The notes under the pieces: generated by a model
Told to the model about the DNA's origin: nothing
Databases searched by the model: none
What the model saw: only the letters and a program-made list of their open reading frames with translations
Part shown: positions 53,133 through 62,477 of the stretch, in pieces
Numbering within the stretch: position 1 is the stretch's first letter
Layout of the letters: every line of letters starts with the position of its first letter
Made by a program: the position numbers and the translations under genes
Assembly (NCBI GenBank): GCA_963667015.2
Contig: CAXXJJ010000004.1
Coordinates: forward strand, 2,112,001-2,176,000
Direction: 5' to 3'
DNA: 64,000 nt
Origin: Desulfatiglandales bacterium
GTDB lineage: Bacteria > Desulfobacterota > DSM-4660 > Desulfatiglandales > HGW-15

Positions 53133-53711
53133 CTATCTTTTTACCGAAATAATGCGTACATCCGCTACTTTCGTCTCCTGCCTCGGTTTTTTGATTTTAA
53201 AACTTTCATCACCAAACAGCCATATTTCCGGAATAATTTCTGCGATCAGTTCCCCTTCATTAAAAATACGCACCACAGAGCTTTCGGAAACCACTACGGC
53301 TATCGCATCGGTATCACGAGTAATTGAAGCGGCAGCTACGTGTCGGCTGCCCAGACCTAATGGCAGGTTTATAAAATCAGCCGATGCGTTTATATAGCGT
53401 GCTGCTGAAATTACCACACCATTACCATCAACAATAAAGGCCCCATCCAATTGGGCCAATTCTTTGATTGTTTCACGCATGTCAGGATCACAGATTTTCT
53501 TCTTTTCTGCCGGGTGACCGTAAAGGGGATCAAGGATCAAGGAACGAGATCTTTTTAAGACTTCCGTTTCATCAGAAAGAACAAAAATTGTACCTATCTT
53601 GCGCCCTTCTCGACCTTCCCGTGCGATTTCAACTGCCAGCTGGACTGTGTTTTCCAGTGTGTCGCTATCGCAATGCTTTTTTGAACCGCATAGTTTATTA
53701 AAATAATTCAT
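53133..53711 (-). CDS. Stand-alone DisA_N (diadenylate cyclase) domain protein
   Basis: EGRKIGT, ELAQLDGAF, GLGSRHVAAA, VVSES. Confidence 0.85.
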   Translation of the reverse strand: MNYFNKLCGSKKHCDSDTLENTVQLAVEIAREGREGRKIGTIFVLSDETEVLKRSRSLILDPLYGHPAEKKKICDPDMRETIKELAQLDGAFIVDGNGVVISAARYINASADFINLPLGLGSRHVAAASITRDTDAIAVVVSESSVVRIFNEGELIAEIIPEIWLFGDESFKIKKPRQETKVADVRIISVKR

Positions 53712-53817
53712 GATTTCATAATCCAGTCATCTATCGTCTTCCTTTGCATAAGGCCGGCAACAAAAATCATCATGCACGATGATTTTAAGAGAGTTTCAAA
53801 ATCTGTTTTTTTCATTT

Positions 53818-54480
53818 TTATTCAGCCCTGTTTTTAAGCTCTTTCGCCTTTTCAGCAAGGAGGGACTTAAAACGATCCAGGGATACCGGATAGGGTACCA
53901 TGGGTATTCCCATCCAGTCACAATATTCAAGAAATTCTTCCGGGTTCTCAGCCATATACTCATCAATATAACCGAGACCATCCAAAACAACTGCACCTCC
54001 TGTATGTCTTGGAAAATTCTCATTGGCAGTGCCTTTATCCCAGCCTTTAAAAACTTCCTTGCGAAATTTAACCCAACCTGGGGTCATCCACCAGACCGGT
54101 TCACCACCGGCAACTTCTTCAGCGATCTGTTTCCGTTCATCTTCACTTGCCAGCATGTCCATGCAGTGGGAGGCTTCGATTCGGGCCACTTTCGCCCCCT
54201 GCTCTTCTATGATCGTTCGCATCAAACGTGTGGGCTGGTCTACATTGACATAGCAAAACTTTCCCCCGTAAATAACCAGGACCTTGTATCCGTTGTCCTT
54301 TGCATTTTTTATCTGCAGAATCAGCTGGCGTTCAAGTTCAGGAATATTCTGATGAAGGCCTGGGGTGTTATATATTATTCTGGCAGCATCCAAAAAGCCT
54401 TCGTCTTTTAAATGGTTTAATTCAAGACTCATTGTGCCGCAGGCAACAATAACGATATCGGAAAATGAAACTTTTTCCAT
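53818..54480 (-). CDS. DUF1638 domain protein
   Basis: IVACG, GLH, YGGKFC, HCMDML, TPGW. Confidence 0.75.
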   Translation of the reverse strand: MEKVSFSDIVIVACGTMSLELNHLKDEGFLDAARIIYNTPGLHQNIPELERQLILQIKNAKDNGYKVLVIYGGKFCYVNVDQPTRLMRTIIEEQGAKVARIEASHCMDMLASEDERKQIAEEVAGGEPVWWMTPGWVKFRKEVFKGWDKGTANENFPRHTGGAVVLDGLGYIDEYMAENPEEFLEYCDWMGIPMVPYPVSLDRFKSLLAEKAKELKNRAE

Positions 54481-54499
54481 AGTATCCTCTTTTTAAACG

Positions 54500-54991
54500 T
54501 TATTTACATATTCCCACTACTTTATCCTGTAAAGTCTGAATCAAAGCCCCTATGTCGTAGCTGTCCGGATGCCCTTTTGCTGTCTTTGCATCTTCAATCC
54601 ATGGGGGTTGAGGATCTTTTAACCGGATCTTATCAAGAAAATTTTGACTGACTTCCCCCTGGCAGCTGTAAGTACCCATAATCTCTGCTGAAGGCGCCGA
54701 TGATATGGCAGATGCCATGGCGTTCTCTGCATGAGCCGACCCGGCAGCTGCGCCGTGTGTAGCGAAGAGGAAAAGTTTTGTTTTTCCAATTTTGGTTAAA
54801 TATTCAGCAGACTTCGGGTCAGGTTTGCCGGCCTGCAGCCAGAAGCCCAAAAAAACAAGATCATACCCTGAGGGTTCCGGCGCTTCATTGACAGCATATA
54901 TTTCATTTTCACAAATCAAATGATTTTCAATGACTTCTGCAAGTTTCATAGTATTTCCAGTCTGGCTTGAATAAACAATTAATGCTTTCAT
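54500..54991 (-). CDS. Flavodoxin family protein
   Basis: YSSQTGNT, GFW, FATHG, GHPD. Confidence 0.85.
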   Translation of the reverse strand: MKALIVYSSQTGNTMKLAEVIENHLICENEIYAVNEAPEPSGYDLVFLGFWLQAGKPDPKSAEYLTKIGKTKLFLFATHGAAAGSAHAENAMASAISSAPSAEIMGTYSCQGEVSQNFLDKIRLKDPQPPWIEDAKTAKGHPDSYDIGALIQTLQDKVVGICK

Positions 54992-55046
54992 ATTTCCGTC
55001 TCCTTTCTTTAAGGTGAATCAGTTTTCCTCAAACACAATTGATACT

Positions 55047-55280
55047 TTAAGTTCTCCTAAATAGAATCCTACAGCCAGATCCGTCTTCAGTGATTCCGAT
55101 TAAATGATAGCTGGAACTGGGCAGAATTTTAAAAAGATCATCTTTAATTTTTGAATTTTCCGTGAGTATCTGTATGATTTCTCCTTTTTTTGCCGATCTG
55201 AATACCTGTGTCACCTTTAAAAGCGAAAAAGGTTTAATGAAAGTACGAAGATCGAGTGTATGGTCAATTTGCGGTTCCAT
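55047..55280 (-). CDS. TusA-like protein lacking the active Cys
   Basis: TLDLRTFIKPFSLLK...GEIIQIL resembles the TusA LDxRGxxCPxP fold; start uncertain. Confidence 0.55.
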   Translation of the reverse strand: MEPQIDHTLDLRTFIKPFSLLKVTQVFRSAKKGEIIQILTENSKIKDDLFKILPSSSYHLIGITEDGSGCRILFRRT

Positions 55281-55346
55281 ATCAATATCTCCCATAAATA
55301 CCCCCTCGATTATTTTCCCTTCATATTTTAGCACACTCCAAAAATA

Positions 55347-56051
55347 TCATGTAAAATATTCTCTCCGGTAATAAACAGAACTGCGGTCAAAATCCTCATA
55401 CAGCTTTTCAAGACGTGCATTTGCAATTTGTAATACCTGTTCCTTTTCATCATTTTCCTTTTCCGTCTGGTAACATGCAAGACAGCGTTGAATTTCATGT
55501 TTTTTCCCGAGACAGGTGACAATGAAATTGGCCATTAAAAATGTCTGGGCATTTTTATAATTGGAAAAATGTTCAACAGCAGGGACATATTCAGTTAAAA
55601 TATCAAAACTTACATCATTACCTTCTCTGGCGATATTTAAATAATCATCAATAGACAGGGTAGGTCCATGTTCTTCGGTATAACCGTCAAATTTAACAAG
55701 CATATCTTCCAGAGCAAACAGCTTCTCTTCTATTTCAATACCGGATTTTTTAAGTGTCCTGTAATCCTGCTGAAGATATCTGTTAGCTATCATAATTGCC
55801 TGGGACACATGAGGGCATAGGTTATGGGAACATCCCCTTGCATAGCACTTTCTGAATGAATATTCTTTCAGGTCTATGGTTCCTGAAAAATAGCACATAA
55901 AAACATGGGCCTGATAAGGACTGTCACGGTGCTGAAAATCTACAGGTATAACCTCAAAGGAGGTACTGCAGGTCACATCAGAACCTTTGCCTTTTAAAGA
56001 TATTATATCGATAATGCGGCCGGGGTGCAATTCAGCAGTTTTTTGTTCCAT
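55347..56051 (-). CDS. Hypothetical Cys-rich protein
   Basis: KCYARGCSHNLCPHV and RCLAC motifs; GGAG RBS. Confidence 0.7.
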   Translation of the reverse strand: MEQKTAELHPGRIIDIISLKGKGSDVTCSTSFEVIPVDFQHRDSPYQAHVFMCYFSGTIDLKEYSFRKCYARGCSHNLCPHVSQAIMIANRYLQQDYRTLKKSGIEIEEKLFALEDMLVKFDGYTEEHGPTLSIDDYLNIAREGNDVSFDILTEYVPAVEHFSNYKNAQTFLMANFIVTCLGKKHEIQRCLACYQTEKENDEKEQVLQIANARLEKLYEDFDRSSVYYRREYFT

Positions 56052-56086
56052 CTCTGACTCCTCTCTGCTCAGTTCGGCAGCAATTT

Positions 56087-56461
56087 TTAATATGTAAAAA
56101 CAGCATTAGCTGTTAATGATTCCATTATCAGACGCCCGGCTGCTGTTGTTTCAGCGCCTTCAATAAGATCAGATTCCTCAATACCGCGTTCTTTAATACA
56201 CGGGACACATACCTTGAGCTCACCGCCAAGTTCAAGAAAGTCAGACATAAGTTTTGTAAATGGAGCAAAACCGCCCGGTTTTCCCAGGGTTTCCAGATAC
56301 CCTTTTTTAGCCAGCATAACACCTTCTCCCTGTAATACGATCATGGCCTTTATATCCATTGCAAGGGCACCGCCTGCCATTACAAATGGCATGGCAGCCT
56401 TCTCAAGATTTTCAGCAGCGTGAGTACACATAAGCATGACCTTTTCTTCTTTTTCTTCCAT
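56087..56461 (-). CDS. DsrE family sulfur-relay protein
   Basis: PFVMA..ALAMD, LQGEGV, VCVPCIKERG. Confidence 0.85.
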   Translation of the reverse strand: MEEKEEKVMLMCTHAAENLEKAAMPFVMAGGALAMDIKAMIVLQGEGVMLAKKGYLETLGKPGGFAPFTKLMSDFLELGGELKVCVPCIKERGIEESDLIEGAETTAAGRLIMESLTANAVFTY

Positions 56462-56531
56462 TACATATCTCCTTACAATTATTTAAATCCATATAGTCTT
56501 AATCCGGCAGTTCCCGGAAAATAATATTTTA

Positions 56532-57470
56532 TTAATTTTCAATTCCGGCGCACTGAGCAATTACAGATGATAAATCCACAACATCAGCCCCTGATTTTTT
56601 AAGATTATTAAGGCAAAGAGGACACATGGCCACGATTGGCGCTCCTGTAGTTTGTAATTCTTCTACCCTTCGTTCCATGACCTCTCTCGAAAGTTTTGGA
56701 GAAATGGACTCTGCCGGCCCTCCGCAGCATGATGTAAAGGCGCCTGAATTCTGCACATCCACGCATTCCACATCAAGCTGCCCCAGAACCTTTCTCGGGG
56801 CATCGGACAGTTCCAGATAGCGGCCGTAAAAGCATGGATCATGGATGGTCACCTTGCGGATGCCATTGACGGATTTAAGATTTATGAGTTCAAAATATGT
56901 CTTAACTTCAAAAGCAGCATCGGTGTATTTAGGGTAAAGAACCTTTAATGCATAGGTTGTGTGCGGATCGACTGTGATTATTTTTTTGATGCCAGCTCTT
57001 TTAAGTTTATCTGCAACATACCCGGCATGTTCTATAAAACTTTCCTGATCGCCAAGATCGTAGAGCAGGATACCGCTGTAAAAATCCAGCTTTGGATTGT
57101 AGTAAAAATCAACCCCGGATTTAATCAGCAGGCTGGCAATATTCCGAAGGATTACATTCGCCTTTTCCTTTTCATCCCCCGGAGTCATCATTACAATACC
57201 AGTGCCTGTTAAGCGTTTCGGCTGGTACCGCCCAAATCGTATAAAGCCGGCCAGTTTACTGTCTTCATATTTTTCCAGGTAGCGTGTGGTCGTTTCGATA
57301 TAAGGTACAAACTGATACATAAGACCCGTTAACAGAAGCGTTTCCCCTTCTCTGGGGAGAGACATCTTCTTCCACCAGGTATTAACCATAAATTTCGGCG
57401 CGCCAAAAGGACTCCTTGTCTTTTTTACATTGCCAGCAATAATATCGATCATGTGTTTTGGGTCGTACAT
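56532..57470 (-). CDS. CCG-domain Fe-S protein (HdrB/HdrD-like)
   Basis: TVDPHT, HDPC, SCCGG, MCPLC; start MYDP at 57470. Confidence 0.8.
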   Translation of the reverse strand: MYDPKHMIDIIAGNVKKTRSPFGAPKFMVNTWWKKMSLPREGETLLLTGLMYQFVPYIETTTRYLEKYEDSKLAGFIRFGRYQPKRLTGTGIVMMTPGDEKEKANVILRNIASLLIKSGVDFYYNPKLDFYSGILLYDLGDQESFIEHAGYVADKLKRAGIKKIITVDPHTTYALKVLYPKYTDAAFEVKTYFELINLKSVNGIRKVTIHDPCFYGRYLELSDAPRKVLGQLDVECVDVQNSGAFTSCCGGPAESISPKLSREVMERRVEELQTTGAPIVAMCPLCLNNLKKSGADVVDLSSVIAQCAGIEN

Positions 57471-57471
57471 G

Positions 57472-57774
57472 TCAGTTCCTCCTCCAATGGTCGATAACAA
57501 ACCTCTTAAGCCCCAGGATTACTTCTCCAGGGTTAGCTTCACGGGGACATGTCCGGGTGCAGAGTCCGCAATGGAGGCAGCGCCACAACTCATTGGGCTC
57601 TTCAAGTATCTTATCCCTTGCTCCCAGCTGTATATACCGGAGCATCCTTCGCGGAAAATGCTCATATATGAGCGGACAAATAGCCGCGCATGTCCCGCAG
57701 TTAAAACAATCCAGAGCCTTGTCCACTCCGTATTTCTCAAGTTCTTCTGCAAATTCAGGATTTACCTGTGTCAT
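57472..57774 (-). CDS. HdrC-like 2x[4Fe-4S] protein
   Basis: CFNCGTCAAICP, WRCLHCGLCTRTCP. Confidence 0.88.
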   Translation of the reverse strand: MTQVNPEFAEELEKYGVDKALDCFNCGTCAAICPLIYEHFPRRMLRYIQLGARDKILEEPNELWRCLHCGLCTRTCPREANPGEVILGLKRFVIDHWRRN

Positions 57775-57851
57775 TCTTTTTCTCCTTCATTCATTTCATG
57801 CAACAAAAATAAAAGGGAAGGTATTTTGCTCCTGTCAGGAATTCTTACCAG

Positions 57852-58166
57852 TTATTCTTCTCCATGAGATATCTCCGCAAGCCTGTAGCGAAAATAGCCG
57901 CTATCTTTTGCGCCTTCCAAAATATCACCGTATTTTTTCATTGTTGCCAGATAATATAAGATGTCAGAGGCTGGCATACCTGTTCCTTCTGCCAGTTCCG
58001 GTACCGTCATGCCGCCATCCTTATTCAGTATTTCCCGAATAGCCTTAAAAGCCTTTTTCTGTTCTTTAACCCTGGCAGAGACCGCTGCAATCTTATCTTT
58101 TCGTTCATTTCGAAGCCTCTTCATGGCTTCTTTTTTTTGTTCCTGATCATTTTCAGTCTGCATCAT
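57852..58166 (-). CDS. Small winged-helix protein
   Basis: MTVPELAEGTG...YLATMKKYG. Confidence 0.7.
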   Translation of the reverse strand: MMQTENDQEQKKEAMKRLRNERKDKIAAVSARVKEQKKAFKAIREILNKDGGMTVPELAEGTGMPASDILYYLATMKKYGDILEGAKDSGYFRYRLAEISHGEE

Positions 58167-58235
58167 TGAAAACCCTTTCCGGGACTATTTTAAGTATCCG
58201 GCGATTTTTTAATAAGAGTTATTTAAATCGGATCG

Positions 58236-60161
58236 CTATACCCATTGATCCGAAACGATCATATCCACCATGTTCTCATACTGTTTTAACGTCCACCCGC
58301 TGATATTGATAGCATTCTCCTCACAGACTGCAACACACGCACCGCATCCCGAGCACAGGGCAGGGAAGACCCCGGCATTGAGTCCGATCTCGCCGTTTAC
58401 TTCGGTTTCCACCATATTCAGGGCTCCCGGCTTCAGACACGCCTCGACACAGGCACCGCATCCCCTGCATTTCATGGTATCCACTTCTGCAACAAAGGGA
58501 TCCATTTCAACAAAACCTTTCCCTAGAATAGCAGAGGCTTTAACCGCTGCAGCACCAGCAGCATTGCACGCCTCTCCGATATCCATGGGTGCCTGACAGG
58601 TACCAGCCAGCATAATGCCCGAGACAGGGAGTTCTACCGGCCTGAGTTTTGGATGGACCTCCAGGAGAAACCTGTCTGTGCCGACCGGAAGCTTCATCAT
58701 ATCCACCAGTTCAGGGACAGGACTCGGTTCCATGCCCACACCGAGCACTACAAGATCCACAAGGACCTCCACCTCCTCACCGTACGTGAGGGTATCCTTG
58801 ACCTTTACCTGAAGAGGATATCCATCGGACGGGTTATTTTTAATAATTTCCGGGGATGAGTCCGCTTCAAATCGGAGGAAAATGACCCCGCTACCAGAAG
58901 CGTTACTATAGAGCTCTTCCTGCCCACGGCCATAAGCCCTGATATCCCTGTAGAATTCATATACCCGTGTACCGGGATATTCTTCACGAATCTGAGTGGC
59001 GTTAAATAACAGGGCGGAGCAGCATGTGCGGCTGCAATATTCATTCAGATTTCCGGCCTCGTCTCCATCGTGAATACCGGGAATCTGTCTGGAGCCGACA
59101 CAATGGATCATGGCAATGCTCCTGATCTTTCGTCCCTCCAACTCGAGGAATTTACCCTCTTTTCTGTTATCGCTTATCATTCTGATAAACTGAGGCAGGG
59201 TCACAACTTCTTCATACTGTTTATATCCATATTCACCGGACCTGGGTATGTAGGGCCTGAACCCGGTTGCAATCACTACAACGCCTGTCTCAACAGTTGA
59301 TTCTTCCGGCATTTGAGGAATGGTTCCGGGATAGATCCCCACAAAGGGAATAAACTGCCCTGTCTCTTTTCCTGACTCAATCATCTGTTTAATCTTTTCA
59401 TTGGCCTCATCAGACTCGGGAGGCTCGCTCTTTAATTTAAGATTAAAGTTACCGATATAGCCATCAAAACCGGTTACCTGGGTACAGGTTTTGACAGTGA
59501 TGGCCGGGTCTTCCAGTACATTCTTTGCCAGTTCAGAAAGGAGGTTAGGTACCTCTTCACCGGCAGGAGCAACCCGGTCCAACACTGCCGTCTGCCCCCC
59601 CAGAAAGGGAGATTTTTCAATAAGCACTACTTTAAATCCAAGGGTTGCCAGGTCTTTTACGGCCCTGAGCCCGGCAATCCCGCCCCCGATTACAGTAGCA
59701 TGCGGCCTGGCATCGACCTTCAGCGGCTCCATTGGTTTCATTTCCGTTACCTTGCCCACCGACGCTGCAACCAGCCTTGTGGCCTTATCGGTTGCCTCAT
59801 CACCATGATGAACCCAGCTCACCTGCTCTCTTATATTTGTATGCTCATACAGGTAGGGATTTACTCCTGCCCTGGACATGGTTCCACGAAAGGTGTCTTC
59901 ATGCAGGCTCGGGGCACAGGATGCCACTACAACACGGTCTATAAGCCCGTCCTGAAGGTCCCGGGCAATCAGTTCCTGTCCGGGATCAGAGCACATAAAC
60001 ATATTGGTTCGGGCAAGGGTCACACCTGGAATCTTCTCTGCCCTGTCACGTACCTTTTCTACATCAACATGATCAGAAATATTTCCACCGCAATAGCAGA
60101 TATAAACACCGACCCTGTTTTCCTGGCCTGTTATTTTTTTCTCTTTTAGCTCTTCCGTCAT
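58236..60161 (-). CDS. HdrA-like flavoprotein (N-terminal domain, C-terminal ferredoxin)
   Basis: YICYCGGNI, GGGIAG, HCVGSR, YCSRTCC, HPKLRP, two C-terminal CxxCxxC. Confidence 0.9.
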   Translation of the reverse strand: MTEELKEKKITGQENRVGVYICYCGGNISDHVDVEKVRDRAEKIPGVTLARTNMFMCSDPGQELIARDLQDGLIDRVVVASCAPSLHEDTFRGTMSRAGVNPYLYEHTNIREQVSWVHHGDEATDKATRLVAASVGKVTEMKPMEPLKVDARPHATVIGGGIAGLRAVKDLATLGFKVVLIEKSPFLGGQTAVLDRVAPAGEEVPNLLSELAKNVLEDPAITVKTCTQVTGFDGYIGNFNLKLKSEPPESDEANEKIKQMIESGKETGQFIPFVGIYPGTIPQMPEESTVETGVVVIATGFRPYIPRSGEYGYKQYEEVVTLPQFIRMISDNRKEGKFLELEGRKIRSIAMIHCVGSRQIPGIHDGDEAGNLNEYCSRTCCSALLFNATQIREEYPGTRVYEFYRDIRAYGRGQEELYSNASGSGVIFLRFEADSSPEIIKNNPSDGYPLQVKVKDTLTYGEEVEVLVDLVVLGVGMEPSPVPELVDMMKLPVGTDRFLLEVHPKLRPVELPVSGIMLAGTCQAPMDIGEACNAAGAAAVKASAILGKGFVEMDPFVAEVDTMKCRGCGACVEACLKPGALNMVETEVNGEIGLNAGVFPALCSGCGACVAVCEENAINISGWTLKQYENMVDMIVSDQWV

Positions 60162-60202
60162 TTTAAATTCTCCAAATCAGCTTTAATAACCGGTTGAATT
60201 CA

Positions 60203-61516
60203 CTATGCCATTGCTGTCTTTTTTGATTCATCAATTATCTTTAAGTACTTCGCGGCTTCCATGGAAGCCGCACCTGATTCGGCAATAGAATCCACAATAT
60301 CCTTGGGACCAGCCGCAGCGCCCGTTACAAAAAAACCTTCCACATCAGTCAGTGTAGGACAGATCTTCGGCCGCACGGTCTTGATAAAACCATCCGATTC
60401 TATTGACACGTCACAACGCCCATCCGGATTCCAGCCGGGCACCAACCCCAGTGACAGGACAACAAGATCATGATCAAAAGTTGTTACACCTTCACCATCC
60501 TGAGCCTCATAACGAACCTTCACAAAACCGTTGTCACCTTCGTTGATAGTGGCTACCTTGGCCTTGACAAACTGGATTCCCATTGCCTGTGCATTCTGAA
60601 AAAACTGCTCATACCCCTTGCCAAAGGCACGAATATCCATGTAGTAGATTGTGATATCTGCAAGAGGCAGTGCGCCTGAAAGCAGCATTGCCTGTTTGAT
60701 CGCATACATGCAGCATACCCTTGAACAATAGGATATACCCATGCTTTTATCCCTTGAACCTGCACACTGGATAAAGGCAATGGAATCAGGTTCCATACCA
60801 TCTGAAGGCCTTAATACTCTGGAATAGGGACCATGAGGCGCCAGGAGACGCTCCATTTGAAGAGCATCTATTACATTGGGAATCTTACCTGCACCATATT
60901 GCGGTTTGTCCTCAATACCGGTCATTTCAAATCCGGTGGATATAATGGCAGTCTTTGCCTCAATACTGAAATCATATGACTCCTGTAAATAGTCCACTGC
61001 CTGAGTCGGGCAAACCTTTTCACATTTTCCGCAAAGCATGCAGTTTTCAGCATCGATAAGGGCTATCTGAGGAATAGCATTGGAAAAAGGAATATAGATG
61101 GCCTTCCTTGCAGACAAGCCGCCCTGTTCCTCATCAGAAACACAAACCGGACAGGCATACTCACACTTCCGGCAGCCAATACATTTATCAGGGTCCACAT
61201 AACGCGCCTTCTGGGTGATTGATGCGGTTATACCTTCTCCGGCCTTATCAAGAGAATTTAAATCGCAGTAGGTAAACAGGGTAATATTTTCGTGATGTGC
61301 AGCAGCCGCCATCTTGGGGGTGGTTATGCAGCTTGCACAGTCCAAAGTTGGAAACACCTTTGAAAGCCGAATCATCTTACCGCCTACTGAGGCATCTTTT
61401 TCTACAACAGCCACCTTATAACCCTGGTCAGCCAGGTCCAATGCGGACTGAAGGCCTGCAATTCCGCCCCCTATAACCAGGGTATCAAATGAAAATACTT
61501 TTCCGGATCCCATCAA
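60203..61516 (-). CDS. HdrA-like flavoprotein (inserted ferredoxin; no N-/C-terminal domains)
   Basis: GGGIAG, FPTLDCASCI, CIGCRKC, CMLCGKC, QCAGSR, YCSRVCCMY, GPKDI. Confidence 0.9.
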   Translation of the reverse strand: MMGSGKVFSFDTLVIGGGIAGLQSALDLADQGYKVAVVEKDASVGGKMIRLSKVFPTLDCASCITTPKMAAAAHHENITLFTYCDLNSLDKAGEGITASITQKARYVDPDKCIGCRKCEYACPVCVSDEEQGGLSARKAIYIPFSNAIPQIALIDAENCMLCGKCEKVCPTQAVDYLQESYDFSIEAKTAIISTGFEMTGIEDKPQYGAGKIPNVIDALQMERLLAPHGPYSRVLRPSDGMEPDSIAFIQCAGSRDKSMGISYCSRVCCMYAIKQAMLLSGALPLADITIYYMDIRAFGKGYEQFFQNAQAMGIQFVKAKVATINEGDNGFVKVRYEAQDGEGVTTFDHDLVVLSLGLVPGWNPDGRCDVSIESDGFIKTVRPKICPTLTDVEGFFVTGAAAGPKDIVDSIAESGAASMEAAKYLKIIDESKKTAMA

Positions 61517-61530
61517 TTCCTCCCTCTATC

Positions 61531-61947
61531 CTATGCCTTACCGAATTCCGGCGGGCCTATTTTCTTGACCAGTTCATTCATTTCATTGACTTCTTTCAGG
61601 AATGCCCTGTTACAGACCGTACATATGGCGGTTAAGCGAAGCCTTCTTATGTCCAGGTTTTCCTGCTTCATCATTTCATAGACCCTGTCTATCCTTTTTG
61701 CCAGGACCTGATAGGCCCCTTCATAGGGACATTCAACCCCGCAGGACATAATCACTATTCCGCCGATCCCCTTTTTAAAGCAGTCCAGATAAAATTTTTC
61801 AGGAAATAGTGCAGGGGCAAGGACTCTTAAAATATAAGTGTTAGCCGGATAAGGGCTATGTGCCTGCCCAACGGAATTGGCCCCCGGATAGGCACAATGC
61901 TCTGTTGCAAGAATTAATATCTTTGTTTCCTGATCCTGAGTCGTCAT
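61531..61947 (-). CDS. MvhD/FlpD-like Fe-S protein
   Basis: HCAYPGA..G, YP..ILRV, SCGVECPY, RRL; adjacent to hdrA. Confidence 0.8.
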   Translation of the reverse strand: MTTQDQETKILILATEHCAYPGANSVGQAHSPYPANTYILRVLAPALFPEKFYLDCFKKGIGGIVIMSCGVECPYEGAYQVLAKRIDRVYEMMKQENLDIRRLRLTAICTVCNRAFLKEVNEMNELVKKIGPPEFGKA

Positions 61948-61958
61948 CTTCTTTTCAC

Positions 61959-62213
61959 CTATTTTTTTCTTCTGACAAAAAGCCTGTCATATCCATCAGC
62001 TTCGAGCAGTCCAAGATATTCATGCCCAACTTTTTTTGACCAGGCCGGAATATCATCCCTGGTTCCAGGATCGCCTGAAAGAATTTCCAGGACATCTCCT
62101 ACCTTGACCTTACCGATTCCTTTCTTTGCTTCCAGCAGGGGTCCAGGACATGCACTCCCTCTTGCATCTACAACACTTTCCACGTCGACTGAGCTAAGAT
62201 CTATTTCTGTCAT
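61959..62213 (-). CDS. tusA: Sulfur carrier TusA family protein
   Basis: VDARGSACPGPLL, DIPAW. Confidence 0.88.
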   Translation of the reverse strand: MTEIDLSSVDVESVVDARGSACPGPLLEAKKGIGKVKVGDVLEILSGDPGTRDDIPAWSKKVGHEYLGLLEADGYDRLFVRRKK

Positions 62214-62275
62214 TTTTAATCTCCTGTATTTTATTTTTTTCAAGGGTATCCTCGAAACATTAAATATGTTAACAA

Positions 62276-62292
62276 GGCAAAATTAATGCCAG
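62276..62292 (-). promoter_or_regulatory. Sigma-54 promoter of the tusA-hdr operon
   Basis: Minus strand CTGGCATTAATTTTGCC = TGGCA-N6-TTGC. Confidence 0.8.
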
Positions 62293-62420
62293 AAGTCGTC
62301 AGCCCCGAATAACAGCTTTCTTATTTATTATAACTACTTGTTTTATATAGCTATTAATCTTCTATTATTATTTCCATTATATAAATCAGGGCGAATTTAT
62401 TTAATTTATTTGCATTAGAC

Positions 62421-62468
62421 ACGTTAACATGCTAACAATTTTGCTTAACATTTTGTTAACTGTTAACG
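62421..62468. promoter_or_regulatory. Candidate upstream activator sequences (GTTAAC-type repeats)
   Basis: CGTTAACA, TGCTAACA, CTTAACA, TGTTAAC, TGTTAACG clustered 130-180 nt upstream of the sigma-54 promoter. Confidence 0.55.
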
Positions 62469-62477
62469 GAAAAAGTT

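Noticed and set aside
58236..61947. Selenocysteine in the HdrA/MvhD-like genes
   Set aside because: These families can be selenoproteins, but the frames here are uninterrupted.
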